Made by a program: the position numbers and the translations under genes
Assembly: GCA_026396455.1 (NCBI GenBank)
Contig: JAPLWT010000031.1
Location: 1 to 46,135 of the forward strand
Reading direction: 5' to 3'
Length of the DNA: 46,135 nt
Origin: Candidatus Micrarchaeota archaeon
Lineage (GTDB): Archaea; Micrarchaeota; Micrarchaeia; Burarchaeales; Fermentimicrarchaeaceae
Part shown: positions 7,692-17,777 of the stretch, piece by piece
Position numbering within the stretch: the first letter of the stretch is position 1
Layout: each line of letters opens with the position of its first letter
The notes under the pieces: model-generated
Database searches by the model: none
What the model was told of the DNA's origin: nothing
The model's input: the letters and a program-made list of their open reading frames with translations, nothing else

Positions 7692-9980
7692 TTACCTAGT
7701 ATTCATTGGAAGGGCAGTATTTAAAACATTTGCGCTTTCCACCCGCGTTGGCTCGTTGTCCTTCTTGTCCCTCCACAGGCGGTATATCATTGCGCTTGCG
7801 GCATCCTTGAGGCTGTCATCATGGGTGATAACAAAAACTTGTTCCACTATTTTCGGGATGTATTCATTCAAAACTCTCCCAAGTGCCCTCATCCCCTCAT
7901 CATCCAAGTTGTGGGTCGGTTCATCCAGTATCAACCAGCTGAGATTTGGCACGAGCACCATTGCGAACGCCATCCTCATGGCAATGCTGGCGCTGGATCT
8001 CTCCCCTCCGCTTGCAATTCCGTCTACGCTCACCCAGTTCCCACCCGTCTTGAGCTGGAGCTCATAATCATCCTCGCTTGCATTCAACCTCACATCCTGG
8101 TAATCCCTGTACGGGTATATCGTAGTCCACATCTCCCTCATTGCGGAATTTATTGCACCGATTAGTTCTGCCCTCAGTTCTGCCTGCGTCTCCATCACGG
8201 AATTCTGGAATACCGTCAAGTTCTCGTATAAAGCGCCATACCTCTTGATCTCTTCCTCGACTTTCTCGTACTTCTCCCTCTCGCTCTTTTTTTCCTTGAT
8301 GAGCTCCTCAACCCTTCTCATCTCATTCCTTATGCCATCCACTCTCTCCACCAGTCCCCTCTCCTCAACGCTCAACTCCCTTACCTCAACCCTCTTGGCA
8401 TCCAAGGCTGCTCTGTCAAACTTCACCTCCTTCAATTTCTTTGCAACCTCCGCACCCTCCTCCTTGAGCTTCTCTATGTGCATTCTCGATTTTTTGATTT
8501 CAAGAGAAGATTTCAGCGTTTCCCTTTCAGCCTCGAAACCCTTGACCTTCTCCGCAATCTCCCTGAGTTTCTCCTCAGTTTCACGCAGTGAAGAATTGGA
8601 TTTCTCCAGCTCGGCCGTGCCCCTGAGCTTCTTTAGCCTCTCGTTTATCGAGTCGAGGACCTTCACCTTCCCGGCAATTTCATCCAGCAATTTCTCTTTC
8701 TCAACAGCGCCCTTTTCAAGACCCTCTATCTTCTCAAGCTCTGCCTTCTTCTCATCCTTTCTCTTCCCCAGCAGTTCTCCTCTCTTCTCCTCCCCAAGAG
8801 GAGTCTCGCATACCGGGCATTTGGTTAGCTCCTTGCCCAGCTCTCCAATAATCTCGTCTAGCTCGGAGACTCTGCGCTTTGAGCATTCAATCTCCCCTCT
8901 CGCCTCATTCAATTCCTTCTCCTGCCCCCTCCTTTCATTCTCCAGCTCGCTGGAACTTTTCCCAAACTCTGCAGCCTTTTTCTCCAGCATGCTTCTCTCA
9001 ATAATCTCCTCGTCAATTGCCCTGATCCTCTCATGCGCAGAGCCGACTTCCTTCGTATAATTGCCAACGAGTTCCTTTCCATCCGCCAGTTTGTTCTCAA
9101 GTTTCGCAAGCTCATCCTCGCTCGCTTTCTCTATGTCCGCAGGTGGTATCCCTCCAATCTTGCCTGCAACCTCTTTCTCCAAGTTCTCTACGGTGCGTTC
9201 TATTGCACCTTTTCTCTCGCTAAACTCCATATAAAATTTCTCAACCGTAATCATCCTGGAAAGGACCTGCTCCGCATCCTTTCTCTTTGTGCCGGCTTCC
9301 TTTGCCTTGGTGAGCAATGCCGATGCTTCCCCGTCAAGTTTTTTCAACTCACCTGCAACAAGCTCCTCATCCTTCCTGAGTTTCTCGATATCCGCGCTCC
9401 CGAGAAGTGCCGCCTTATCCTCCCTCATCCCCTTTATCCTATTCAGCACGGTGCTTATGTTGCTCCTCATCACTTCGAATTTGCTTATCCCGAGCAGCTC
9501 GTCAATCTCCTTCTTCCTCTCCCCCTTCCCAAGCATCAGGAAGTAATCCATCCTGTTCTGCTCAGAATACACTGCCCTTGTAAACAGCTCATAATCTATC
9601 TTGAGAAGCCTCTCAATCTCCTCAGTCACCCTCTGCGGCTGAGGCCCTTGGACCAGCTTTCCCTCCCTGCTCACCCTTGCCTCGGAACTGCCTTCGCTGC
9701 TTATCTTCCTCTCAACCTCATACCTGCTGCCCTCCCAGGTGAGCTCAACCTTCACCCATGCCTCATCCTTCTTCACGGGCCTGTCCATTATTATCTCAGA
9801 AAGCTTGATGCGCTTGTGCTGCAGTGCAGGGAAACTTCCGAAAAGAGCGAAGCATAATGCGTCGAGCACAGTGCTCTTGCCGCTTCCCATCGGCCCCACA
9901 AGTATGTTGGTTCCCTTGCCGAACTTGAAGTGGGTATCCTCATGCGATTTCCAGTTATGCAAGGAGATGCTCTCTATCAC
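7692..9980 (-). CDS. rad50: Rad50/SMC-family ATPase
   Basis: GPMGSGKS Walker A, coiled coils, central CPVC zinc hook, SGGE signature, ILDEPTHNLD Walker B/D-loop, ITH. Confidence 0.93.
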   Translation of the reverse strand: MIESISLHNWKSHEDTHFKFGKGTNILVGPMGSGKSTVLDALCFALFGSFPALQHKRIKLSEIIMDRPVKKDEAWVKVELTWEGSRYEVERKISSEGSSEARVSREGKLVQGPQPQRVTEEIERLLKIDYELFTRAVYSEQNRMDYFLMLGKGERKKEIDELLGISKFEVMRSNISTVLNRIKGMREDKAALLGSADIEKLRKDEELVAGELKKLDGEASALLTKAKEAGTKRKDAEQVLSRMITVEKFYMEFSERKGAIERTVENLEKEVAGKIGGIPPADIEKASEDELAKLENKLADGKELVGNYTKEVGSAHERIRAIDEEIIERSMLEKKAAEFGKSSSELENERRGQEKELNEARGEIECSKRRVSELDEIIGELGKELTKCPVCETPLGEEKRGELLGKRKDEKKAELEKIEGLEKGAVEKEKLLDEIAGKVKVLDSINERLKKLRGTAELEKSNSSLRETEEKLREIAEKVKGFEAERETLKSSLEIKKSRMHIEKLKEEGAEVAKKLKEVKFDRAALDAKRVEVRELSVEERGLVERVDGIRNEMRRVEELIKEKKSEREKYEKVEEEIKRYGALYENLTVFQNSVMETQAELRAELIGAINSAMREMWTTIYPYRDYQDVRLNASEDDYELQLKTGGNWVSVDGIASGGERSSASIAMRMAFAMVLVPNLSWLILDEPTHNLDDEGMRALGRVLNEYIPKIVEQVFVITHDDSLKDAASAMIYRLWRDKKDNEPTRVESANVLNTALPMNTR

Positions 9981-10013
9981 ATATTTATTTTATATGCACT
10001 ACTAAAATACGTT

Positions 10014-10484
10014 ATGTTCGTTGCCGATGAGATGTTGAAGAAACTTGCCAGGTGGCTCAGGCTTCTTGGCGTTGAGACCCTCTATCCCGATTCCATAGAC
10101 GATGACGAGATAATAAAATTCACAAAGAAGCACGATAAGATTCTTCTCACAATGGATTCTGAGCTCTGCAGGAGGGCAAGGAAGCAGGGCCTGAGCGTCT
10201 TCCTCGTGCCGAGAAAGAGCACGGAGGAGCAACTGGTGCTTCTCATAAAAAGATTCAAATTGGATGTTTCCGATGCTCCTTCAAAGGTGCTGTGCCCGCT
10301 GTGCAACGGCATGCTGAAGGAAGCTGGAAAGAAGGATGTGAAAAGCAAGGTTCTGCCAGAGGTGCTCTCCAAGCACGAGGAATTCTGGATGTGCAAGAAG
10401 TGCAAGAAAGTCTTCTGGGAGGGCTCTCACTGGGAGAGAATAAAGCGGAATCTTGAAAAAGTGAAGAGCATGGCTGAAGACTAG
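10014..10484 (+). CDS. Mut7-C/PIN-like RNase domain protein (DUF82-like)
   Basis: FVADEMLKKLARWLRLLG...CPLCN...CKKCKKVFWEGSHW. Confidence 0.9.
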   Translation: MFVADEMLKKLARWLRLLGVETLYPDSIDDDEIIKFTKKHDKILLTMDSELCRRARKQGLSVFLVPRKSTEEQLVLLIKRFKLDVSDAPSKVLCPLCNGMLKEAGKKDVKSKVLPEVLSKHEEFWMCKKCKKVFWEGSHWERIKRNLEKVKSMAED

Positions 10485-10729
10485 ATGAGGGTGACTTCCT
10501 CTACCTGCACCTCGCTGACCCCTGCTATCTTCTTAAGCTTCTCCTCTATATCGCTTCCTCCGCTGGAGTCCTTAACGATAATAGTCACCTTCAATGCCTT
10601 CATGCCGAAAGCCACTTCCTCCTCATCGAGTTTGTAAGGCTTTATCTCCTTCTGAATCGAATTCTTGACCTTCTCAAGTGCTTCAGGGCTTTCTGGAAAT
10701 ACTTTCGCAGTTACTGCAACGCTTCCCAT
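10481..10729 (-). CDS. ef1b: Elongation factor 1-beta
   Basis: KVFPESPE...EEVAFGMKALKV...GVSEVQV. Confidence 0.93.
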   Translation of the reverse strand: MGSVAVTAKVFPESPEALEKVKNSIQKEIKPYKLDEEEVAFGMKALKVTIIVKDSSGGSDIEEKLKKIAGVSEVQVEEVTLI

Positions 10730-10740
10730 TCAAAAACCTC

Positions 10741-10902
10741 CTACGGTCCCACTTTTCCGCACTTGCCGCACCTGTACGTATTGGTGGTCTCCCTGCAGTG
10801 CGGGCACCTTACTATGGCCCTTTCCCCGCAATGAGGGCAGGGAAACTCAGCATATATCCTTGCCTGCTTTCCGCATGAGCTGCAAATTTTCAGAATATAC
10901 AT
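10741..10902 (-). CDS. Small zinc-ribbon protein (DUF1610/HVO_2753-like)
   Basis: CSSCG...FPCPHCG...IVRCPHCR...YRCGKCG..GP; typical position upstream of EF-1beta. Confidence 0.9.
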   Translation of the reverse strand: MYILKICSSCGKQARIYAEFPCPHCGERAIVRCPHCRETTNTYRCGKCGKVGP

Positions 10903-10951
10903 CACCTTTAATTTGTTTTGCAGGGTAAAATATAATAACCCTATTCTAAGT

Positions 10952-11025
10952 GCCCCCATAGTCTAGCCTGGATAAAACACTGGCTTGCGGAGCCGGAGTC
11001 CGGGGTCCGAATCCCCGTGGGGGCG
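10952..11025 (+). tRNA. tRNA-Arg(GCG), intronless
   Basis: GCCCCCA/TGGGGGC acceptor stem; CTGGC-TTGCGGA-GCCGG anticodon arm; T-loop TCCGAAT. Confidence 0.9.
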
Positions 11026-11070
11026 TTATACCCTACGTTTATATTTCTGGTTTTCGAATACCCCCATTGC

Positions 11071-11550
11071 TCAACGGGGTCTTAGAATCCGATTTATCTG
11101 AAATCTTGGGTGAAATAATATTTTCTCTTTTATCACAGATTGCGTATCCTGTATAACTATTTTCGAAGGATATGATTTTGAAAAGACCCATTTTAGTGTA
11201 TACGCACTCACCATACGGAGCGAACTTGCAACAACAAAAAAGTTTTCTTTATCGTTATATACCAGGAAATCAGGTCTGCCCTTGCTATCCAAATCCGCCA
11301 TAAATTGTTTCTTACTGACTCCAAAATTTCTTAGAAATTGGCACCTAAGTATATAACCCATGTTGTTAATCCTCGCATATGTCGGGTTGTCTACCACCTG
11401 ATAACCGTGCTGTGTATAGTAGCTTTTAATGAATTTTTTAGCATCACCACCCGGACCTTTACATTTTTTGCAAAGTTCCTCCATGCATAACTCTTTGTTT
11501 TCCTTTGTTTCGTATGCGCCAGTTTTGACATTGAAGAAATGAAGCTTCAT
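11071..11550 (-). CDS. AT-rich hypothetical protein with a partial PD-(D/E)XK/VRR-NUC-like motif
   Basis: GRPDFLVY...FFV motif and CxxC; ATGA overlap with the gatE stop; visibly lower GC than its flanks. Confidence 0.6.
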   Translation of the reverse strand: MKLHFFNVKTGAYETKENKELCMEELCKKCKGPGGDAKKFIKSYYTQHGYQVVDNPTYARINNMGYILRCQFLRNFGVSKKQFMADLDSKGRPDFLVYNDKENFFVVASSLRMVSAYTLKWVFSKSYPSKIVIQDTQSVIKEKILFHPRFQINRILRPR

Positions 11551-13361
11551 GGATAGACCTCCACAATCTTTGAAAGCTCTTCAGCATCAACCCTCAGCCT
11601 GTGCTCCCTCATTATATCCTGGATAAGGGCTTTACCAACTTTCCCGCTTTTTCTTTTCTCCTTAACAATCTGTTTCAATTCCACAGGACTCATCTTCTCG
11701 AGTTTGAGCTTTTCCACAGCGCTTGAGATGCTCTCGCCAGCGTTTTTTGAGATATACCTCAAAATCTCAGGAATTGCAGCCTTTACAAACTTTCCGCACT
11801 TGTACTCGATGAAAAGCTCCATGAGCTTGTTCTCATTCAGCTTCTCAACAGGAACGCCCTCCCTCCTTAGGCTGACAAGGGTCTCCTCCAGAGTAGTTGC
11901 AACAAACTTCGGCTCAACCTTCAGCTCTCCGACAACTTTTTCAAAGAGCGGATAATTCTCTGAAAGCATTATCTTCTCAGCAAGCTCCTCATTCAGGACT
12001 TTGAGCAGCTTCTTCTTCCTCTCCTCTGGCATTTCGGACAGCCTTCCCCTAATTTCCTCAATGAATTCCTCGCTTATGCCAATTGGCGGAACGTCAGTTT
12101 CTGGATAAAGCCTTGCGCTGCCCGGCATAGGCCTCATGTACGCAGTTCCTCCATCAGCCAAAACCCTCCTCACCTCATTCTGAGGTCCTTCAAAAGCCTG
12201 CAGAGTCCTCTCATAGACTCCCTCAAGCGCCCTCTCGCAGGTTTTTCCATCACCCGCAACAAGCACGAAAGCATCCTGCGCACCTGCACCAATCTTCTCC
12301 CTCAGCCTGCTCAATTCCTCCCCGGTTATGGGGTATTTCTCAAGCTTCTCGTCGCTGTGGATTATACCTCCAACTCCCGCCTTGGCGACTGCATAATCGC
12401 TGAATTCAGTTCCCAGCCTTCTGTTCTCATAGAGCTCCTCCCCAAGCAGCCCGGCAAACTTCTCCAGCTTCATTGCAAGCACGCATTCCTTCCTCAGCAG
12501 CTTTGAAGCAGAATTCTTAAAAATTTCGGTAACTTCCACCATGGCAGGCTTCCCGAACTTTTTCTTGCCAAACCTCTTTTCAAGTTCGCCCTTTATTTTG
12601 ACGAGTTTCTCCTGCCTCCTTACTTCTTTGTCAACTATCGTTTCTATCAGGCCAAGCTCCTGGGCGCCCTTCACCTCAACTCTGGCACCTTCAGGAACCG
12701 AGATGTTTATATCCTGCCTTATTGTCCCTATGCCTCTCTGCACTTTTCCTGTTGCCCTCAGAATCATGCCGAGCTTCTCTGCAACCTCTCTTGCGTGCTT
12801 TGCATCCTTGATGTCGGGGGAAGTTGCTATCTCAACTAGGGGAATTCCCAGCCTGTCAAGCCTGTAAGTTATCTCCCCGGCTTTCTCGCCGACTATGCCC
12901 GAGCTTTCCTCCTCAAGGCATACCGCCTGTATGCCAACCCTTCCTTTGCTTGTCTCTATGAAACCTCCCAGCCCGATTATGGAAGTCCTCTGAAATCCGG
13001 AAGTGTTGCTGCCGTCTATCACGGTCTTTCTCATCACTTCAACTTCATCAACAACTTTTGAATTGAGGAGCAGGCATACCTCAACTGCAATTTCAAGCGC
13101 CTCACCATTCATGCTGTGCGGGGGTTCCTCATCCAACTCGACAAGGCAGGTGCTTTGAGGGAATATCTGGTAGCGGTATTTCCTGCCGCGGGAATACTCG
13201 TGCAATGCGGCCAAATCAACATCGCCGAGCTCTCCAGCAACTGCCCTCTGCATCCTCTCAACAGTTGCAATAGGCTTCTCCTCACTTGGCTGTGCAGAAC
13301 AGCCGCAGAAAAGCTTTTTTTCTGTTGCAAGCCTCTGGTGAATTTCAATGCCGCACTTCAT
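11547..13361 (-). CDS. gatE: Glu-tRNA(Gln) amidotransferase subunit E
   Basis: GIEIHQRL...KLFC, MRKTVIDGSNTSGFQRT, RGIGTIRQD, PGSARLYPETD. Confidence 0.98.
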   Translation of the reverse strand: MKCGIEIHQRLATEKKLFCGCSAQPSEEKPIATVERMQRAVAGELGDVDLAALHEYSRGRKYRYQIFPQSTCLVELDEEPPHSMNGEALEIAVEVCLLLNSKVVDEVEVMRKTVIDGSNTSGFQRTSIIGLGGFIETSKGRVGIQAVCLEEESSGIVGEKAGEITYRLDRLGIPLVEIATSPDIKDAKHAREVAEKLGMILRATGKVQRGIGTIRQDINISVPEGARVEVKGAQELGLIETIVDKEVRRQEKLVKIKGELEKRFGKKKFGKPAMVEVTEIFKNSASKLLRKECVLAMKLEKFAGLLGEELYENRRLGTEFSDYAVAKAGVGGIIHSDEKLEKYPITGEELSRLREKIGAGAQDAFVLVAGDGKTCERALEGVYERTLQAFEGPQNEVRRVLADGGTAYMRPMPGSARLYPETDVPPIGISEEFIEEIRGRLSEMPEERKKKLLKVLNEELAEKIMLSENYPLFEKVVGELKVEPKFVATTLEETLVSLRREGVPVEKLNENKLMELFIEYKCGKFVKAAIPEILRYISKNAGESISSAVEKLKLEKMSPVELKQIVKEKRKSGKVGKALIQDIMREHRLRVDAEELSKIVEVYP

Positions 13362-14671
13362 TCCAACACCGGAGTCCTCTCATTGAGCTCTCCAGCAACA
13401 TTCGTCAGCATCATCTTCTTGATTTCCTCCAAATCCTTGCTGTGGGCCAATACATGCATCAGCTTTACATAGGCAACTTCGGGGAGCATATCACCACAGA
13501 ACATGGCACCTGCCTCAAACTCCTTTCGGAGGTTCGCGTAGACGAAATCATGAACCCTGCCAAATAGGCACTGCGAAGTTATGCAGACAGGTATCCCTGC
13601 TTTCGTTGCTTCCCTTATCCTCGATATTACGGAATGCCCCTCTATTGTTGGGACATGCCCCAAGCCTGTTCCCTCAATCACGAATCCCTTGAACTTCTTA
13701 CCAATGTAGAAGTCAAATATCCCCGGCTCCATTCCGGGGTAGGTCTTAATCAACGCCACTTTCTCCTCAAGCTTGTCATCAAGGGAGACCTCGCCATCGC
13801 ATCGCTTTCTGTAATTGCCATTAGTCATCTCAATCCTGCCGTCAGGGAATATTTTGGCAAGAGGCTCATCATTCACGCTCTTGAATGCATCCCTTTTTGA
13901 AGTATGCAATTTTCTGACCTTCGTCCCCCTGTGCGCATAGCAGAAATCATCGTTCGAGGAGCCGTGCATGACAAGCGATACCTCGGCAACATCACCCTTC
14001 GATGCGAAATTGGCCGAACAAATCATGTTTATGAAAGAGTCGCTTGAGCCCCTGTCGCTGGACCTCTGGGATCCTGTGAAAACAACGGGCTTGTTCAAAT
14101 CCCTGAGCATGAAGCTCAGCGCTGCACTTGAGAAATGCATCGTATCCGTCCCGTGGGTCACAATAACGCCTTTTGTATCTGTCTTCAACTCCTTGTATAC
14201 CGCTCTGGCCATCTCCTTCCAGTGTTCGGGAGTCATATTCTCGCTCATAATCTCAAAAAGAAATTTTGAATCGATGTTAAATTCTCCCAACTCCGGAACC
14301 GTTTTAACGATATCAGATGTTCTGTATGACGCATCCACCCCTCCAGTCGCATAATCAACTCTCGAGGCAACAGTCCCGCCGGTGCTTATTATTGAAATGA
14401 GCGGCTTTCCGGCAATGCGCTTCGTTTTCTCTTCACTGCTCTTGAAGCCTATGCCCTTGTGGCCTTGAAGCTTCTCAAGCTCACTCCCCTTGAATTTCAA
14501 TCCCAACGAATAACCATTCGAAAGTTTTATCACGATTGCATCTGGATCGCCCAGCTCCTGCTTCGGCATGAGGATTCCTTCGTGGACCTGGTCCCCTCTC
14601 TTGACTCTCACGCTATCCCCTATTTCAACTCCCAGATCCTTCAACTTCTTTTGAATTTCCTTGGAATACAT
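13358..14671 (-). CDS. gatD: Glu-tRNA(Gln) amidotransferase subunit D
   Basis: STGGTVASRVDY, HGTDT, GSQRSSDRGSSD; start at MYSKE or at 14686. Confidence 0.98.
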   Translation of the reverse strand: MYSKEIQKKLKDLGVEIGDSVRVKRGDQVHEGILMPKQELGDPDAIVIKLSNGYSLGLKFKGSELEKLQGHKGIGFKSSEEKTKRIAGKPLISIISTGGTVASRVDYATGGVDASYRTSDIVKTVPELGEFNIDSKFLFEIMSENMTPEHWKEMARAVYKELKTDTKGVIVTHGTDTMHFSSAALSFMLRDLNKPVVFTGSQRSSDRGSSDSFINMICSANFASKGDVAEVSLVMHGSSNDDFCYAHRGTKVRKLHTSKRDAFKSVNDEPLAKIFPDGRIEMTNGNYRKRCDGEVSLDDKLEEKVALIKTYPGMEPGIFDFYIGKKFKGFVIEGTGLGHVPTIEGHSVISRIREATKAGIPVCITSQCLFGRVHDFVYANLRKEFEAGAMFCGDMLPEVAYVKLMHVLAHSKDLEEIKKMMLTNVAGELNERTPVLE

Positions 14672-14693
14672 AACACCACCATGCACTACCTCT

Positions 14694-16310
14694 CTACTTC
14701 TTGCAATTTAATCCTTTTGATACGTAGGGACCATCTCTCTTATACCCCAGCTTGAGGTAGTACTCCTTTGCGCCAATACCGCTTATCACGGCAAGCTTCC
14801 TGCAGTCGAATTCCTCCTCTGCTATCCTCTCGGCTTCCTCAAGAAGCCTGCTGCCGAACCCCCTGTGCTGGAATTCTCTCACCCTCTTCCCACCGACAGG
14901 CAGCATCTCCCCGTAAACATGGAGCTCCCTTACGCCACCTGCATCCTTCAGCTCCTTTCTATGCGCTTCCCCAGAGGGTATCCTCAACCTAAGAAAACCT
15001 ACAAGCGCATCGTGCCTCATCTCGTCAAAGCTCAGGAAAATCTCCTTCCCTCCAGAGGCATCATAGTCAATCCTATTCAGTTTCACACTCTTCAAATTCG
15101 GTTTTATCCCATCTTTCGAAATTCTGTATCCTATCTCCCTGCAGCGTATGCACTGGCATTTCCTCCCGTCTTCTATGAGCTTCTGCTCAATCATCTGCCT
15201 CAGATTGCTCTTCTTAACTCCATCCGCAATTAGATACGAAGGTATGTCCCTCTGCACCCTCATCACCCGTGCATATCTGGGCACAAACTTCATAGCATCC
15301 GCAATAACTTCAGCTGCTTCCTCGGCGGAATAGGGCTTGAATTCACCCTTCCTCCACAAATCATACAGCTTCGTTCCCTCCATGACAAGGCAGGGGTATA
15401 TCTTCAGCATGTCCGGCCTGAACCTTTCATCCCCAAAAAGGGTTCTGAAACTCCCAACATCCTCATCCTTGTCGGCAAAAAGGCCGGGCATCATGTGATA
15501 TAAAACTTTGAGAAGCGAATCCTTGCACACTCTGGTGGCTTCAACAACCTCTTTCACTCCGTGCCCCCTGTTCACTTTCTTGTAAACCTTATCATCAAGG
15601 GTCTGCACGCCAAGCTCAATTCTCGTGGCTCCATAGCGGAGCAGCTCATCAACTTCCTTCTCACTAGCCCAGTCAGGCCTCGTCTCTATGGTCAGACCAA
15701 CGACTCTCCTTTGCGCTCTCTCATTTGCATGCTGGGCTTCCTCAAGGTCTTCTGACTCAAATCCATTCATCGCATCAAAACATCTCTTGATAAACCACTC
15801 CTGGTACTCCCGGGGCATGGAATTGAAGGTTCCGCCCATCACTATCAGCTCGCACTTGCTCACCCGATGCCCAATCTCCTCCAGCTGTCTTACCCTCGAA
15901 TCCACCTGTCTGGACGGATCATAATCATTCTGTATAGCTCTCATTGCAGCAGGCTCCCTTCCCGTGTAGCTCTTTGGGGCGTTCTCCCCTCTCGGGCAGT
16001 AGATGCACTTCCCAGGGCATTCCCCCTTGGTCATGACAGCTATGACATTGACTCCGGAGATAGTCCTCATTGGCCTTATCCTCAGCAGTTCAACTATCCT
16101 CCCAGACCTCTTTCCCGCAGGTATCTCTCCGAGTATACTGGAATTCTTCACAACCCCGGCAATTCCATGCCTCTCGCTTGCCCTTACTTTCGCCTCCCAC
16201 AGCTCAACCCTGTTTTTTATTTTCCCTTGGAGAACAAGCCCTGCAACCTCTCTGCTAGCCATTTGAGTGCTCTCGCTACTTCTTTTATTTTTCAAAATAC
16301 GTTTTTCCAT
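14694..16310 (-). CDS. elp3: Elp3 radical-SAM/GNAT tRNA U34 acetyltransferase
   Basis: CPGKCIYCP, MGGTF, ETRPD, RELHVYG, QHRGFG. Confidence 0.97.
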   Translation of the reverse strand: MEKRILKNKRSSESTQMASREVAGLVLQGKIKNRVELWEAKVRASERHGIAGVVKNSSILGEIPAGKRSGRIVELLRIRPMRTISGVNVIAVMTKGECPGKCIYCPRGENAPKSYTGREPAAMRAIQNDYDPSRQVDSRVRQLEEIGHRVSKCELIVMGGTFNSMPREYQEWFIKRCFDAMNGFESEDLEEAQHANERAQRRVVGLTIETRPDWASEKEVDELLRYGATRIELGVQTLDDKVYKKVNRGHGVKEVVEATRVCKDSLLKVLYHMMPGLFADKDEDVGSFRTLFGDERFRPDMLKIYPCLVMEGTKLYDLWRKGEFKPYSAEEAAEVIADAMKFVPRYARVMRVQRDIPSYLIADGVKKSNLRQMIEQKLIEDGRKCQCIRCREIGYRISKDGIKPNLKSVKLNRIDYDASGGKEIFLSFDEMRHDALVGFLRLRIPSGEAHRKELKDAGGVRELHVYGEMLPVGGKRVREFQHRGFGSRLLEEAERIAEEEFDCRKLAVISGIGAKEYYLKLGYKRDGPYVSKGLNCKK

Positions 16311-16319
16311 CGACTCTAC

Positions 16320-17162
16320 CTAAAGCAGAAGTTTTGAGAAGAAAGCTATGAGCGAATATATGGGGCTCTCTATAAGCGGGGATATAAGCAGCCCATGGCC
16401 GGTTGCCTTGTAATCAGAAACTAGGGATGGCTCTGCTACCAGCACGATCTTCAGTCCCTTGCTTATCTGGTCGCTGGAGAGCGAGGTAACGTTCAGGGTC
16501 ATCTCTATCTTATTCTCCTCCTCGCTCACAACTTCATAAGTGACGGTTTTCCTGGCCGGTGATGTGACATCAATTGCATGCGGGACAAGGACCTCCTTCT
16601 TGAAAGTCCATGCAGGAACGCCACTCGAGGTTATCCTGAATGTATCGCTGGCAGCCCCTGCGTTCTCTATGTCCACATAGTATATTGCAGGCTGCCCCAC
16701 TCCAGCTTCAACTTCATAGGGACTAACATCTATGCTGAAAACTTCCTTGCTTACCGTAACCTTAACATTTATCGTGAGATTGCCAAGACCGTCATAGTTG
16801 CCTTCATCAATTGCTTTCGCCTTGAAAGTATACTCCCCATCAGCTGCATCAGCAGCTATCCTTATCTTTGCCTTCATGGGAGTCTCCTGCCAAAGGCTGT
16901 CCTCTGCAATCCAGCCCGGAGGCACATCCTCAATTGCCAGCTTGTCCCATCCCACGTAGTTTATCTTCTCGCCAGCGGCATCTATGGTTGCCCTTTCTGC
17001 AACCAGATACACAGTCTGCCCTGGGCCTGCAGTACCTATAAAAATAGTGTCATTGTCGAGCCACCCCTCGTAAGGGACGGGCTCCTTGACATTGAGGTAT
17101 GCAGCATTCGCTGCCACCATAAGAATGAAAAGCACAAATACTGGTCCTCTCATGATAACCAC
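16320..17162 (-). CDS. Secreted beta-rich (Ig-like) surface protein with a C-terminal hydrophobic tail
   Basis: Signal peptide, V.IEN.G...DTF.I repeat-like beta pattern, hydrophobic C-terminus. Confidence 0.65.
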   Translation of the reverse strand: MVIMRGPVFVLFILMVAANAAYLNVKEPVPYEGWLDNDTIFIGTAGPGQTVYLVAERATIDAAGEKINYVGWDKLAIEDVPPGWIAEDSLWQETPMKAKIRIAADAADGEYTFKAKAIDEGNYDGLGNLTINVKVTVSKEVFSIDVSPYEVEAGVGQPAIYYVDIENAGAASDTFRITSSGVPAWTFKKEVLVPHAIDVTSPARKTVTYEVVSEEENKIEMTLNVTSLSSDQISKGLKIVLVAEPSLVSDYKATGHGLLISPLIESPIYSLIAFFSKLLL

Positions 17163-17190
17163 GGAAATATCTCAACAGCTTAATAAAAAT

Positions 17191-17742
17191 CTATCTCTTT
17201 TCGAGAAGTTTTTTCATGAGTGCTTTCACCTTATCCCTAGCATCCTCCTTTTCCCCAGCGTTGACAACCATATAATCCGAGAATGCAAAAGAATCAGCAA
17301 CCCCCCAGCCCAGCTCCTTCTCATCAGCCCATACGAACTCCTCCCAACTCTTTGGGTCCTCCGGTAGGCTTCTCTTCATCACCCGGTCGAACCTCATCTT
17401 CTGGGGGGCGAACATGCCTATGAGAACGAAACTGTCCCCGAATGCCTCCTTGAATCTCTTGAGTTCCTCGTAACCTCTTATGCCATTCACCACAATAGCC
17501 CTGCCCCCCGTATCCTTTACCCTCTTTATGGTCATCTTGGCAACGATGTCATAACCCTCCTTCTTCCTAAGCTCGTCAGCGAACTCCCTTAAACTTCTGT
17601 TGGTTACCTCAATTCCCCTCTCCTTCATCATCTCGATAACTATGCTCCTCATCTCTATTGAGCCGACCCCGAGCTCCTTGGCGACTTCGTTAACTATGCT
17701 CTTGCCGGCAGCTCTCATCCCGGCAACCCCGATCACAATCAT
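17191..17742 (-). CDS. Archaeal dephospho-CoA-kinase-like P-loop kinase (UPF0200-like)
   Basis: IGVAGMRAAGKS, VNGIRG..E, RFDRV..R, D..EL.WG. Confidence 0.85.
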   Translation of the reverse strand: MIVIGVAGMRAAGKSIVNEVAKELGVGSIEMRSIVIEMMKERGIEVTNRSLREFADELRKKEGYDIVAKMTIKRVKDTGGRAIVVNGIRGYEELKRFKEAFGDSFVLIGMFAPQKMRFDRVMKRSLPEDPKSWEEFVWADEKELGWGVADSFAFSDYMVVNAGEKEDARDKVKALMKKLLEKR

Positions 17743-17777
17743 AAAACTCTTATATCTAGCTTTCATTTAAAATACAT

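Noticed and set aside
7821..9857. Long Ser/Phe/Leu-rich plus-strand ORFs (also seen opposite gatE, herA and ribosomal protein genes)
   Set aside because: Antisense shadows of Glu/Lys-rich genes
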